A DNA stretch of 32,000 nt, taken from positions 540,001-572,000 of the forward strand of contig NC_000916.1 in NCBI RefSeq assembly GCF_000008645.1. Reading direction: 5' to 3'. Numbering within the stretch: the first letter of the stretch is position 1; every line of letters begins with the position of its first letter. Positions 10,530 to 19,255 of the stretch are shown in pieces. The translations under genes and the position numbers were made by a program. The notes under the pieces were generated by a model, which was not told the origin of the DNA, made no database searches, and saw nothing but the letters and a program-made list of their open reading frames with translations. The stretch comes from Methanothermobacter thermautotrophicus str. Delta H. GTDB taxonomy: Archaea > Methanobacteriota > Methanobacteria > Methanobacteriales > Methanothermobacteraceae.

Positions 10530-11858
10530 TCATGTCTTCTTCCTTATTATACGCTCAAATAGCATTGGAGTCAGCTTTCTCTGGAGGGCTATCAGTACAT
10601 GCTGCTGCAGTGCCTCCTCCATGGTCTGGACGGTTATCCTGTCCTCACCCTTCCTTATCCTCACTGCCTGGGCTATCTGGGCGAGGTCCCTTGCATGGGC
10701 GAAGGTTGGCTGCATACCCTCTCCACCTTCACCTATGGGTCTGTATACCTGTGCAAACCTTTCAAGTACCTCAGGGTCGTAGTCCTCACCCATTGATTCA
10801 AGGTTGCGCCTGAAAACCTCGACGATCTCATCCACTGTTGGCTTTTCAAGCTGCACATGGAGGGGTGCCCTCCTCAGGTGGGCCTCATCCATTATGGTTA
10901 TGTCAAGGTTGGTTGAGAAGGCTGGTATGAAGTGGGTGTGGACGACGATGGGTGACCCCTTAACGTAGATCATATCCTTCTTGTTCTCAAGGGGGACTAT
11001 CAGGCGGTTGAGGAGGGCGTTATGGTCCTCCTTCTGTCTCCCAAGGTCGTCGATGAGGAGCACTCCTCCGTTGGCCTTTATTATTGGTGATGTTTCGTAG
11101 ACTCCCTTGTTGGGGTCGTATCTGCTCTCAAGTTTATCGCTGGTGAGTTCGGAACCTGTGAATACGAATGGTGCGTATATCTTAACCCATCGTGGGTCTT
11201 CTGGCTGTTCAGGGCACATCCTGTGGAAGTCGGGGTCATAGAACTGTATGACCTGCTCACTGAACTCAACATATCTGGGTATGACCACCGGTGGCAGGAG
11301 ATCCGACATCCTGCTTGTTATGAAGGTCTTACCGGTACCCGGGGGTCCATAGATGAAGAGCCCCTTGCCTCCTATGGCGCCTTCTATGAGGGTCTTCTTT
11401 GCACTCTCATTGCCAACCACATCCCTGAATGCCTTATCTATAACCTCCTGGGGGATATTTATGGGGAACCTTCCCTCTAGCTGTCGCCCCATGATCTCAA
11501 AGTAGGAGTTATAACTCACAGGGGCCATGCCAATGTAGGGGTTCTCCCTCATGAGTTTTTCGGCCTGTTTCTGGCCCTGTTTCTTGATTGTGTAGGTTAC
11601 GCTGGGGAAGAGGAAGCCTCCACCTGTTGGGGCGCAGAGTTCATCCTTTTCCATATCCTTGAGGCAGGCCTCCAGTATGTCGACATGGAGCCCTGTTATC
11701 TCATGGATCCTGTTGACCTGTATGCTCCCATAGGTTGCTATGATCTTCAGAAGCAGATTTTTTATGAAGTTTGCTGATAGGTCTATCTCATCAAGTGTCT
11801 TTGGCTGTTTGAGCAGCTCAAAGAGTTCCTGCATCTTTTCATCATGGTAGTAATCCAT
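10530..11858 (-). CDS. AAA-type ATPase with N-terminal winged-helix-like domain
   Basis: Walker A LFIYGPPGTGKTF, Walker B GGVLLIDDLG, sensor AFSTNLD; N-terminal VNRIHEITGLHVDILEACLKDMEKD... resembles wHTH. Confidence 0.85.
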   Translation of the reverse strand: MDYYHDEKMQELFELLKQPKTLDEIDLSANFIKNLLLKIIATYGSIQVNRIHEITGLHVDILEACLKDMEKDELCAPTGGGFLFPSVTYTIKKQGQKQAEKLMRENPYIGMAPVSYNSYFEIMGRQLEGRFPINIPQEVIDKAFRDVVGNESAKKTLIEGAIGGKGLFIYGPPGTGKTFITSRMSDLLPPVVIPRYVEFSEQVIQFYDPDFHRMCPEQPEDPRWVKIYAPFVFTGSELTSDKLESRYDPNKGVYETSPIIKANGGVLLIDDLGRQKEDHNALLNRLIVPLENKKDMIYVKGSPIVVHTHFIPAFSTNLDITIMDEAHLRRAPLHVQLEKPTVDEIVEVFRRNLESMGEDYDPEVLERFAQVYRPIGEGGEGMQPTFAHARDLAQIAQAVRIRKGEDRITVQTMEEALQQHVLIALQRKLTPMLFERIIRKKT

Positions 11859-11895
11859 TCAACCACTCCTCACATAGAAGTCTGTCTTTTGGATA

Positions 11896-11906
11896 ATATA
11901 AGAGGT
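11896..11906 (-). promoter_or_regulatory. Candidate TATA box for the wHTH-AAA ATPase gene
   Basis: A+T-rich TTATATTATC-like element on the minus strand about 40-50 nt upstream of the start at 11858. Confidence 0.4.
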
Positions 11907-12114
11907 TGGATAACTTAAGTTTTGGTCCCTGATGGTCAGCAGGTGCCGGCGGAGGTGACTGCTGAAAATTAACTGCGTTAAACTTCCATATTACGAAGGT
12001 ATCAGCTGCAAAGGTTCCCCGGAGGAGTGCTGTGGACCATGCAGTACCGCGCTACCCACCACGAAAAGATATTTTAGGGACTTTTAATATAAATAAGTGT
12101 GCCAGGTGGTCCAG

Positions 12115-12387
12115 ATGCCCAAAAGAAAGATGAGAACCCGCATGGACCCTGAAAGGCCCGATACTATCAGAGGAAAAGAGCAAAATGTCAAAACCTCAGA
12201 CCATATACCATCCACAGGTAGAGAGGGTCTCAGCGCCCCTGAGTTCATCCTGATCCTCCTTTTCTCTCCACTTGCCGGTATAATAGGGTTCCTCATCTGG
12301 CACGGTGAAAAACCACGGAAGGCAAAACAATCCATCACCATAGCTGCCGTCATGTTCCTGTTCTACATGATAATCTTCCTGTTCTGA
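12115..12387 (+). CDS. Small membrane protein (two C-terminal TM segments)
   Basis: ATG at 12115 preceded by GGTGG; MPKRKMRTRMDPERPDTIRGKEQN...LSAPEFILILLFSPLAGIIGFLIWHGEKPRKAKQSITIAAVMFLFYMIIFLF; TTTAATATAAATA upstream. Confidence 0.65.
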   Translation: MPKRKMRTRMDPERPDTIRGKEQNVKTSDHIPSTGREGLSAPEFILILLFSPLAGIIGFLIWHGEKPRKAKQSITIAAVMFLFYMIIFLF

Positions 12388-12436
12388 ACAGGACACCAGA
12401 GACACCAGCACCACTCTACATGATAATCTTTCCATT

Positions 12437-12892
12437 CTACTGGCCCTCTAAAGAAACTCCTTCCATCTCAAGAAGCCTCTTTTTGAGTTTAACACCTCCC
12501 TGATAACCTCCGGCATTCCCATCGCTTCTTATGACACGGTGACATGGTATTACAAGCGGGAATGGGTTTCTTGAAAGTGCACCGGCAGCGCTGCGTGGAC
12601 TCCCACCTGCCCTTGCTGCGACCTCAGAGTAGGTGAGGGTCGAGCCCCTGGGAATTGAGGAGACCACATCAAGGACCCTCCGCTGATATTCTGTGCAGCC
12701 ACCAAAATCAAGGACTGATAAATCAAAGTCAACTTCACATCCATCCAGGAACATTCTAATTGAATCCAGGAGTTTCTTAATGGCCATGGGAGGAGAAGAG
12801 TCATTTGAATACTTCTTAACCCCCTCAAGAAGGATTATGGCAGTTACACCATCATCGCCCCATACAACACCGATATCTATCAGAGGATGCAT
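12437..12892 (-). CDS. ogt: Methylated-DNA--protein-cysteine methyltransferase
   Basis: Active site PLVIPCHRVIRSDGNAGGYQGGVKLKKRLLEMEG; start at ATG 12892 (MHPLIDIG...) preferred because the longer ORF reads through a DNA repeat. Confidence 0.93.
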   Translation of the reverse strand: MHPLIDIGVVWGDDGVTAIILLEGVKKYSNDSSPPMAIKKLLDSIRMFLDGCEVDFDLSVLDFGGCTEYQRRVLDVVSSIPRGSTLTYSEVAARAGGSPRSAAGALSRNPFPLVIPCHRVIRSDGNAGGYQGGVKLKKRLLEMEGVSLEGQ

Positions 12893-12980
12893 CAAGGTGT
12901 ACATACACTTAAATGTTTCAGCTTCATGAATATTAATCAAGGTGTACATACACTCAAATTGTTTCATGAATTATTAAATG
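12891..12980. repeat. Near-tandem 45-bp direct repeat (2 copies) with GTGTA-CA-TACAC dyads
   Basis: Copy 1 ATCAAGGTGTACATACACTTAAATGTTTCA from 12891; copy 2 ATCAAGGTGTACATACACTCAAATTGTTTCA from 12936; the first 19 nt are identical. Confidence 0.85.
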
Positions 12981-12990
12981 GGGAGTCACG

Positions 12991-15240
12991 ATGGATAGGA
13001 ACCTCAAGATATTCATAACGGTGATGTTAATTCTTTCAGTCATATCCCAGTTCCTGCCCTTTAAAAGGGATGCTGTCTCACTTATAAACGTCATAACAAA
13101 CCTTGCAGCCTTCATGGGACTTTCATATGCCTGCATATACTCCAGGAAGGTTTACCCGCACCTTTACCTCACGTTGCTCCTTCTATCCGCTGCCCAGTTC
13201 TTTTCATTCCTCGGAGACTTCACCTGGTTCATACTTGAGAGTATACTGTCCCTGAATCCCTTCCCATCAGTTGCAGACCTGTTCTACCTCCTCTATTACC
13301 CCATCTTCGCAGCCGGCATATTCACAATACCCATCAAAAGATACTCTGACCTTAGATCAATCATAGACCTGCTGATAATCCTCGTGGCCTCTGCATCTGC
13401 CGCCTGGGTCTTCCTCCTTGAGCCCACAGTTTTTGCAGGAGGAGATTTCACAGAGGTCCTGGTATCAACACTGTATGTCCTGGGCGATCTCCTCATAGTC
13501 TTCATGATAATGGACCTCATAATAAACAAGCTGGGGCACCTCAGATCAAGGACCCTCCACGTGTTCCTTGCAAGCATAATCATCCTCCTTGCAGCAGATA
13601 TATCCTTCACATACCAGAACCTTACAGGAATTTATGCTGGAGGAACACCCCAGGACCTCCTCTGGGCATTCAGTTACATTCTCCTCCTCATTGCAGTGAA
13701 TGAATTCTTTAAGGAGGACTGGTCAAAGCCCTTATATGTTGAAAAAAAGGTCACAGCTGTCACATACACCCCCTATATCTTTATAATACTGTTCTATCTC
13801 TTAACGGCCTACAGCGTGATTAAGGGTGGTGCTGAAAAATCCACCGTGCTCTTAGTGTCCCTTGGATTCATAATAGTCCTCTTCATTCTGAGGCAGCACC
13901 TTTCCATGAAGGAAAACATGGCCCTCCTCAATGATGTTGAGAATGAAAGGAGGAGGGCTGAAAATTACCTGGAGGTGGCGGGGTCCCTCATAATGGTCCT
14001 CGATGAGAAAACCCGTGTGAAGCTCATAAACAGGAGGGGCCTTGAAATCCTTGAGTGTGACGCAGGGGAAGTCGCAGGGAAAAACTGGTTCATGACCTTC
14101 GTACCCCCTGAAGACAGGGGGTGGCGGGAAAAGCTATACACCGAAAAGATCAGCTCCGGGAGTAAGGGTTATCATCTGACCGGTGAGATACTCACATGTA
14201 AGGGCGACAGGAAAACCGTCACATGGCACGTTGTATTCCTCAGGGAGGATGGTGAATTCAGGGGCAGCATAATCTCAGGGGATGACATCACAGAACTCCA
14301 GAGAGCCACAAGGGCCCTCGAGATGAGTGAGATGAGGTACAGGGAGATATTTGAACTCGCCCCTAGCCCGATAATATCGGTTGGTGATGACCTGATCATA
14401 AGGGACTGTAACAGGAGGGCTGAATCCGTTCTGGGCTACCAGAGAGGGGAGCTGATTGGAAGGAACCTGATGGACCTCATACACCCCGAGGATGCAGGAG
14501 AGGACTTTGAAGGGGAAAGAAGGCTCCTGAGATCAAATGGAGATGTCATATACGCCGATATAGGGGTCGCCCGGGTTGGGGATGAACGTATAATCATAAT
14601 CGAGGACCAGACAGAGATACGCAGGTCCCTCCAGGAGAAGGAACTCCTCCTGAGGGAGATACACCACCGGGTCAAGAACAACCTCCAGATAATATCAAGC
14701 CTGCTGAGCATACAGGAGCGTCAGCTGGAGTCAGAGGAACTTTCAGATGTCCTGAGAGAGAGCCGTGAGCGTATAAGGTCCATAGCCCTTGTCCATGAGC
14801 ACCTCTACAGATCAACAAACCTCAGAACAATAAGGATCAGGAATTACCTCAACAACATCCTCTCAAAGCTGAGCCAGGGACAGACCCATGGGAAGGATGT
14901 GAGGATCAGCTCCAGCATAGAGGACCTTGAATTCAACCTTGAGACCAGTCTCCCCATTGGTCTCATGGTCAACGAACTTGTGAGTAACTCCCTCAAGCAC
15001 TCAGGGGCAGATAACATAACCGTTGAGCTCAGATCCCTCAACGGGACCCTTGAACTTACCGTGAAGGATGATGGGATAGGCCTTGAATCACCGGAGGTCC
15101 TGGAGAAATCCGGAAGCATGGGCTGGTACCTTATACGGGCCCTGACAGACCAGCTTGATGGTGAACTGAAAATAGAAACAGAGGATGGTCTATCTGTAAG
15201 TTTAAGGTTCAGGGAACTTGGATACAGAGAAAGGTACTGA
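12991..15240 (+). CDS. Membrane-bound PAS-domain sensor histidine kinase (HisKA_2 type)
   Basis: Multi-TM N-terminus, two PAS-like domains (VMVLDEKTRVKLINRRGLEILE; PIISVGDDLIIRDCNRRAESVLGYQRGELIGRNLMDLIHPEDAG), H-box LLLREIHHRVKNNLQIISSLLSIQ, N-box LMVNELVSNSLKHS, G-box DDGIG. Confidence 0.93.
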   Translation: MDRNLKIFITVMLILSVISQFLPFKRDAVSLINVITNLAAFMGLSYACIYSRKVYPHLYLTLLLLSAAQFFSFLGDFTWFILESILSLNPFPSVADLFYLLYYPIFAAGIFTIPIKRYSDLRSIIDLLIILVASASAAWVFLLEPTVFAGGDFTEVLVSTLYVLGDLLIVFMIMDLIINKLGHLRSRTLHVFLASIIILLAADISFTYQNLTGIYAGGTPQDLLWAFSYILLLIAVNEFFKEDWSKPLYVEKKVTAVTYTPYIFIILFYLLTAYSVIKGGAEKSTVLLVSLGFIIVLFILRQHLSMKENMALLNDVENERRRAENYLEVAGSLIMVLDEKTRVKLINRRGLEILECDAGEVAGKNWFMTFVPPEDRGWREKLYTEKISSGSKGYHLTGEILTCKGDRKTVTWHVVFLREDGEFRGSIISGDDITELQRATRALEMSEMRYREIFELAPSPIISVGDDLIIRDCNRRAESVLGYQRGELIGRNLMDLIHPEDAGEDFEGERRLLRSNGDVIYADIGVARVGDERIIIIEDQTEIRRSLQEKELLLREIHHRVKNNLQIISSLLSIQERQLESEELSDVLRESRERIRSIALVHEHLYRSTNLRTIRIRNYLNNILSKLSQGQTHGKDVRISSSIEDLEFNLETSLPIGLMVNELVSNSLKHSGADNITVELRSLNGTLELTVKDDGIGLESPEVLEKSGSMGWYLIRALTDQLDGELKIETEDGLSVSLRFRELGYRERY

Positions 15241-15250
15241 GGGGATGGTT

Positions 15251-16180
15251 ATGGAGTTCCGGATAACAGAGCGAGTACCGACTGCATCGCCTGGAATGTC
15301 CAGCCAGGATGCCCTCGAGATGATAAGAAGGAAGATGGGCGAATATGACACCATAGACTACGTTTACATCCTTGACAGTGATACTCTGGCCGGTGTCGTA
15401 TCAATCCGTGAGATCCTATCCCACGATGAAATCCTCGGGGACTTCATGCACCGCGACATAATATGCTTCACCCCCGAAGATGACCCATTTGATATACCCT
15501 ACCTGGCACTTTCACATGGAATTAAGGCCATTCCGGTTGTTGACAGTGGGGGTAGATTCCGGGGTGTTGTGCCCTATGATGAAATCATAAGGATACTGAA
15601 GGTTGAGGCTGACAGGAACATGCTGCACTTTGGTGGTGTCTTCCACCGCGTGGTTGATGAGAAGAGGAGCCCCGGGTCCATGGTGAAGTCAAGGGTTCCC
15701 TGGCTCATCATAGGAGTGGTGGGTGGTACCGTTACCGCCTCAATGATAGGCAGATTTGAGGACCTGCTCTCAGGGTTCATAGCCCTGGCATCATTCATAC
15801 CCGTGATGGTCTACATGAGCGACGCCGTGGGGACCCAGTCAGAGGCCCTCATAATAAGGGAGATAGCCGTTGATCCATCAATGAATCACCTCAAGTACAT
15901 AAAGGGAGAGTTCCTGGTCGCAGCTGCAATAGGCGCCCTATCCTCTGCCTTCGCCGGGCTGATGGCAGGGGTCACCCGCATGAACCCTTTACTTGGACTG
16001 ATAGTCTTCGTATCCATGTTCTTCAGTATAATAGCAGCGGTTTTAATATCCACGGTCTCACCCCTCCTATTCAGGAGGATGGGCTATGACCCTGCGGTTG
16101 CAACCGGACCCCTGGCAACCATACTCAGTGACTTCACAACCACACTGATATACCTTAGTGTCGCCTCATCACTCCTTTGA
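15251..16180 (+). CDS. CBS-domain pair fused to MgtE-like divalent cation transporter domain
   Basis: CBS repeats (AGVVSIREIL, FRGVVPYDEIIRIL), then multi-TM LIIGVVGGTVTASMIGRFEDLL...GYDPAVATGPLATILSDFTTTLIYL typical of MgtE. Start moved from 15218 on RBS grounds (GAGGGG). Confidence 0.88.
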   Translation: MEFRITERVPTASPGMSSQDALEMIRRKMGEYDTIDYVYILDSDTLAGVVSIREILSHDEILGDFMHRDIICFTPEDDPFDIPYLALSHGIKAIPVVDSGGRFRGVVPYDEIIRILKVEADRNMLHFGGVFHRVVDEKRSPGSMVKSRVPWLIIGVVGGTVTASMIGRFEDLLSGFIALASFIPVMVYMSDAVGTQSEALIIREIAVDPSMNHLKYIKGEFLVAAAIGALSSAFAGLMAGVTRMNPLLGLIVFVSMFFSIIAAVLISTVSPLLFRRMGYDPAVATGPLATILSDFTTTLIYLSVASSLL

Positions 16181-16219
16181 AGACCTATGATTTCAGATTT
16201 AATGTAAGGAGACAGACAC

Positions 16220-16624
16220 ATGGATCCTGAAGAGAAAATTGAGGAACTTGAGAACCAGATAGCTGAAAGGGACAGGAAGATCAGGGAACTTGAACTCAAG
16301 CTCGCCGATTGCATGGGACGGGTCGATGAGATCAGATCCGAAAAATCCGGGCTGCAGGAGGAGGTTAACAGACTGCAGGTTATGAGACTTGACCTCAAGC
16401 TAAGGGACTTCCAGGAACTGGAGGATGAGAATAACCGCCTGAAGCACCGCATAGAGATAACCAAGGACCTCCTCGATGAGGCAAGGGAGAGGCTCGAGAT
16501 ACTTGAAGACGTGGTGGAGGGGTTCCTGAACCAGAGCCTGCCTGAAAGGATAACAGGAAAGAAACCCGATGCCCTCATACACTACAGAGAAAGGTTCAGG
16601 GATGGCAGGTTCAACAATTTATAA
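16220..16624 (+). CDS. Coiled-coil protein of unknown function (134 aa)
   Basis: Heptad-rich MDPEEKIEELENQIAERDRKIRELELKLADCMGRVDEIRSEKSGLQEEVNRLQVMRLDLKLRDFQELEDENNRLKHRIE; AGGAGAC RBS. Confidence 0.75.
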   Translation: MDPEEKIEELENQIAERDRKIRELELKLADCMGRVDEIRSEKSGLQEEVNRLQVMRLDLKLRDFQELEDENNRLKHRIEITKDLLDEARERLEILEDVVEGFLNQSLPERITGKKPDALIHYRERFRDGRFNNL

Positions 16625-16729
16625 CATTTTCAACCGATCTCTTTAATTGTTTCTTATTTTCATGCTTCCATCGAAAAATGTATATCTATCGATGACATAC
16701 TTATTACATAATATGTTAGGAGTGATTCC

Positions 16730-17590
16730 ATGGAACCATATGGTAAGGGGGACGGCCGTGTCAGGTGGGTGACGCCTGAATGGCTGATGGAGAATATGGA
16801 GGATGTTGCCATAATAGACTGTCAGCCAAACATCCACGACTACATACTTGAACACATACCCGGAGCAGTTTACCTCAACGAGGGCCTCTTCAGGGAGCCC
16901 CGTGGGAAGGCACCGGCGATGTACATCCCTGAGGGAGCAGTCGAGCTGATATTCCAGCAGGCAGGGATCGAAAACAGGCCCACCGTTGTATACACAGGTA
17001 CCGGCGGAGTCAAGGGCTGGGGTGATGGTCTCGAGCAGACCATGGTGGCCTACAGCCTTGCAAGGTTTGGCCATGAAAACATTCTGGTACTCAATGGCGG
17101 ACTCGCAGAGTGGAAGAGGGCCGGTGGAGAATTAACAAAGGTATTCCCTGAGGTTGAGGAATCCGGTTTCTCTGCTGTGACAAAGGAGGACTTCTACATA
17201 GAGTACCCTGAATTCAAAAGGATAAAGGACGATGAAGACGTTCTGCTGCTCGATGCAAGACCGGCAGAGGTCTATGAGGGGCAGGGCCCCTGGATAAAAC
17301 CCGGGCACATACCGGGCGCAGTTAACCTCCCCTGGGCTGACCTCATGGACCCAGAAAACAGGACCCTGCTGAAGCCAGAGGATGAGATACTTGAACTCGT
17401 AAATTCAGTGGGTGCAACACCCGACAGGAAGATAATCTGCAGCTGCGGCACCGGCAGGGAGGCGACGAACGAGTTCCTCCTCTTCAGGTGGTACCTTGGG
17501 TACCCTGATGTCAGGATATATGAGGGATCATTCACCGAGTGGACCCAGATAGAGGACAACCCCACAGTCACGGGTCCGGACCCACGCTGA
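16730..17590 (+). CDS. Tandem-rhodanese sulfurtransferase (thiosulfate/3-mercaptopyruvate sulfurtransferase-like)
   Basis: Two rhodanese-like domains; C-terminal active loop [10 protein letters not shown] with [13 protein letters not shown]...[11 protein letters not shown]. Confidence 0.9.
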
Positions 17591-17625
17591 TGAACCCTCA
17601 AATTATTTTTTTATCCATGAAAAAT

Positions 17626-18435
17626 TCAGTGCCCCTGACCACCGAAGTCTGTTTTAAGTTCTGATCCCGCAAATAACATCACAGCAAGGGCTGCAGCCAC
17701 GTTCAGAATCATCAGGAATATTCCTCCAGCAAGGGTGCCCTGGACCGGGAAGAGGAAGTATGAGAGGTTTCCTGTTGTGTGGATTATCATGGTGGCCAGT
17801 ATACTGCCTGTGGAGTTGTAGACCCAGGTATATATCACCGAGGCAGAGATTATAAGGATCATGAAACTCCAGAATGGGACCTGGGACTGTATGCTACCCC
17901 CAATGAAGAATAGGGGTATGTGCCAGAGCCCCCATATGAACCCTATTATCAGGGCCGCGTAGATTGGCGAGTACCTCCTCTGAAGCCGTGGAAGGGCATA
18001 GCCCCTCCACCCGAATTCCTCCTGCAGTGGCCCTCCGAGGAAGAATATGTAAATGAACACCATTATGACCATGAGGGGCTGTGAGGTCCAGTAGAGGTAC
18101 GGCTGGGGGTCACCCCACAGGACACCCAGGTAGAGTGCCACTGCAGTTAGCACAGGAAAGAATAAGAGGATTACAGGCCACCAGATCCTGTGAAAGTCGT
18201 AATTAACACCTTTCCTGAGGAGTGCCAGCAGTTCATCCCGGCCGCCATACCTGTAGCTCAGGAGAACGGCTGCAAGTGTTGGGCCGAATGCTGCAGGGTT
18301 GTAGGGGCTTTCAAGGAATGCCTGCAGGGGCTGGGGAAAACTGAAGCCCGCAGAGACCATTGCTACAGGTATCCAGAGTACCCATGAAAATATGAATGCC
18401 ACAATGAAAAAGTCTGATATGCGATCATTCTCCAT
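17626..18435 (-). CDS. CPBP-family intramembrane glutamic endopeptidase (Rce1-like)
   Basis: GPLQEEFGWRGYALPRL...GFIWGLWHIPLFF...ASVIYTWVYNSTGSILATMIIHTTGN: EExxxR, FxxxH and HxxxN-type motifs. Confidence 0.9.
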   Translation of the reverse strand: MENDRISDFFIVAFIFSWVLWIPVAMVSAGFSFPQPLQAFLESPYNPAAFGPTLAAVLLSYRYGGRDELLALLRKGVNYDFHRIWWPVILLFFPVLTAVALYLGVLWGDPQPYLYWTSQPLMVIMVFIYIFFLGGPLQEEFGWRGYALPRLQRRYSPIYAALIIGFIWGLWHIPLFFIGGSIQSQVPFWSFMILIISASVIYTWVYNSTGSILATMIIHTTGNLSYFLFPVQGTLAGGIFLMILNVAAALAVMLFAGSELKTDFGGQGH

Positions 18436-18464
18436 CATAATCACCAGAATCTTATCAGTGCAAC

Positions 18465-18668
18465 TTAAAGGGTATGAGGGTCACAGGGACCCTGAAGGGA
18501 TACGATGTACCTCATCTCACCCTCCATCACGATACACAGTATAGGTTTCAGTGAGACTGCATTTATACCCTTTTCTGTGAGGATGAAGCTGACCCTGAAG
18601 ACGGGTATTAAAAGCCTGCCACCGGCATCCACAGCTGCAGCGGGACATGCCCCCTCAATTATCCTCAT
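18465..18668 (-). CDS. Small GerW/YtfJ-like protein lacking the Gly-rich middle (about 67 aa)
   Basis: MRIIEGACPAAAVDAGGRLLIPVFRVSFILTEKGINAVSLKPILCIVMEGEMRYIVSLQGPCDPHTL: resembles the 'IPvxrVSF ... SlePixxIV' core of GerW proteins; GGTG upstream of ATG 18668. Confidence 0.5.
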   Translation of the reverse strand: MRIIEGACPAAAVDAGGRLLIPVFRVSFILTEKGINAVSLKPILCIVMEGEMRYIVSLQGPCDPHTL

Positions 18669-18692
18669 TAACACACACCAGCATCATAAGAG

Positions 18693-19244
18693 TCATGAGA
18701 AAGCCCGGAGACCTGAGATGAATTCCCTGAAAGTTCTCCTCCTGAGGAGCATGAGAAATGTTAGAAGTGGCCTGAGGGGTGTCACCCTTAAGCTGAGTTC
18801 AAGGACACCATTCACCTCATTACCTGAAAAGTCAGGTCTGACCATTATTTCAACATTCCTCACCCCTGCAGTCAATGCTGAAATGGTCCAGAGGTAACCT
18901 GAGAGCTCTGCGGTCCCTGCCAAGTCATCCGAGGCCACATCAACAGTCAGTTCCAGTCTCTGAAGGTTAATTGAAGATAGGACGCTCCCTGCAAGATCCA
19001 TAATATCCCTTCTGGCAATTAGGGCCCTGCGTGCCAGTTCAATCAGCCTTTTAAACTCAAATTCCTCACCCTTTTCTTTATCAGCACCTTTAAATTTTTT
19101 TCTGAATATTCCAAGTCTCCAGAGCAGGATCTGAAGCCTGAAATCCATGTTCTGCCCCTTCTTAGTACCCCTGATGACCAGGGTGTAGGGTGAGATGAGC
19201 AGCGCAGCCAGCAGCCCCAGTGGAACCGCCAGAGATGAGGAATT
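18693..19244 (-). CDS. DUF2953-like membrane-anchored protein; 5' end uncertain
   Basis: ORF track gives 18693..19148, but the same frame is open to 19244 and encodes a TM helix (NSSSLAVPLGLLAALLISPYTLVIRGTKKGQN-MDFRLQ...). Body: FKRLIELARRALIARRDIMDLAGSVLSSINLQRLELTVDVASDDLAGTAELSGYLWTISALTAG. No ATG/GTG/TTG start for the full-length version. Confidence 0.65.
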   Translation of the reverse strand, partial: NSSSLAVPLGLLAALLISPYTLVIRGTKKGQNMDFRLQILLWRLGIFRKKFKGADKEKGEEFEFKRLIELARRALIARRDIMDLAGSVLSSINLQRLELTVDVASDDLAGTAELSGYLWTISALTAGVRNVEIMVRPDFSGNEVNGVLELSLRVTPLRPLLTFLMLLRRRTFREFISGLRAFS

Positions 19245-19255
19245 TCATGAAAACC

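Noticed and set aside
18505-18897. 130-aa plus-strand ORF
   Set aside because: Antisense to the GerW-like mini-gene and DUF2953-like gene, which show better family resemblance and operon spacing.
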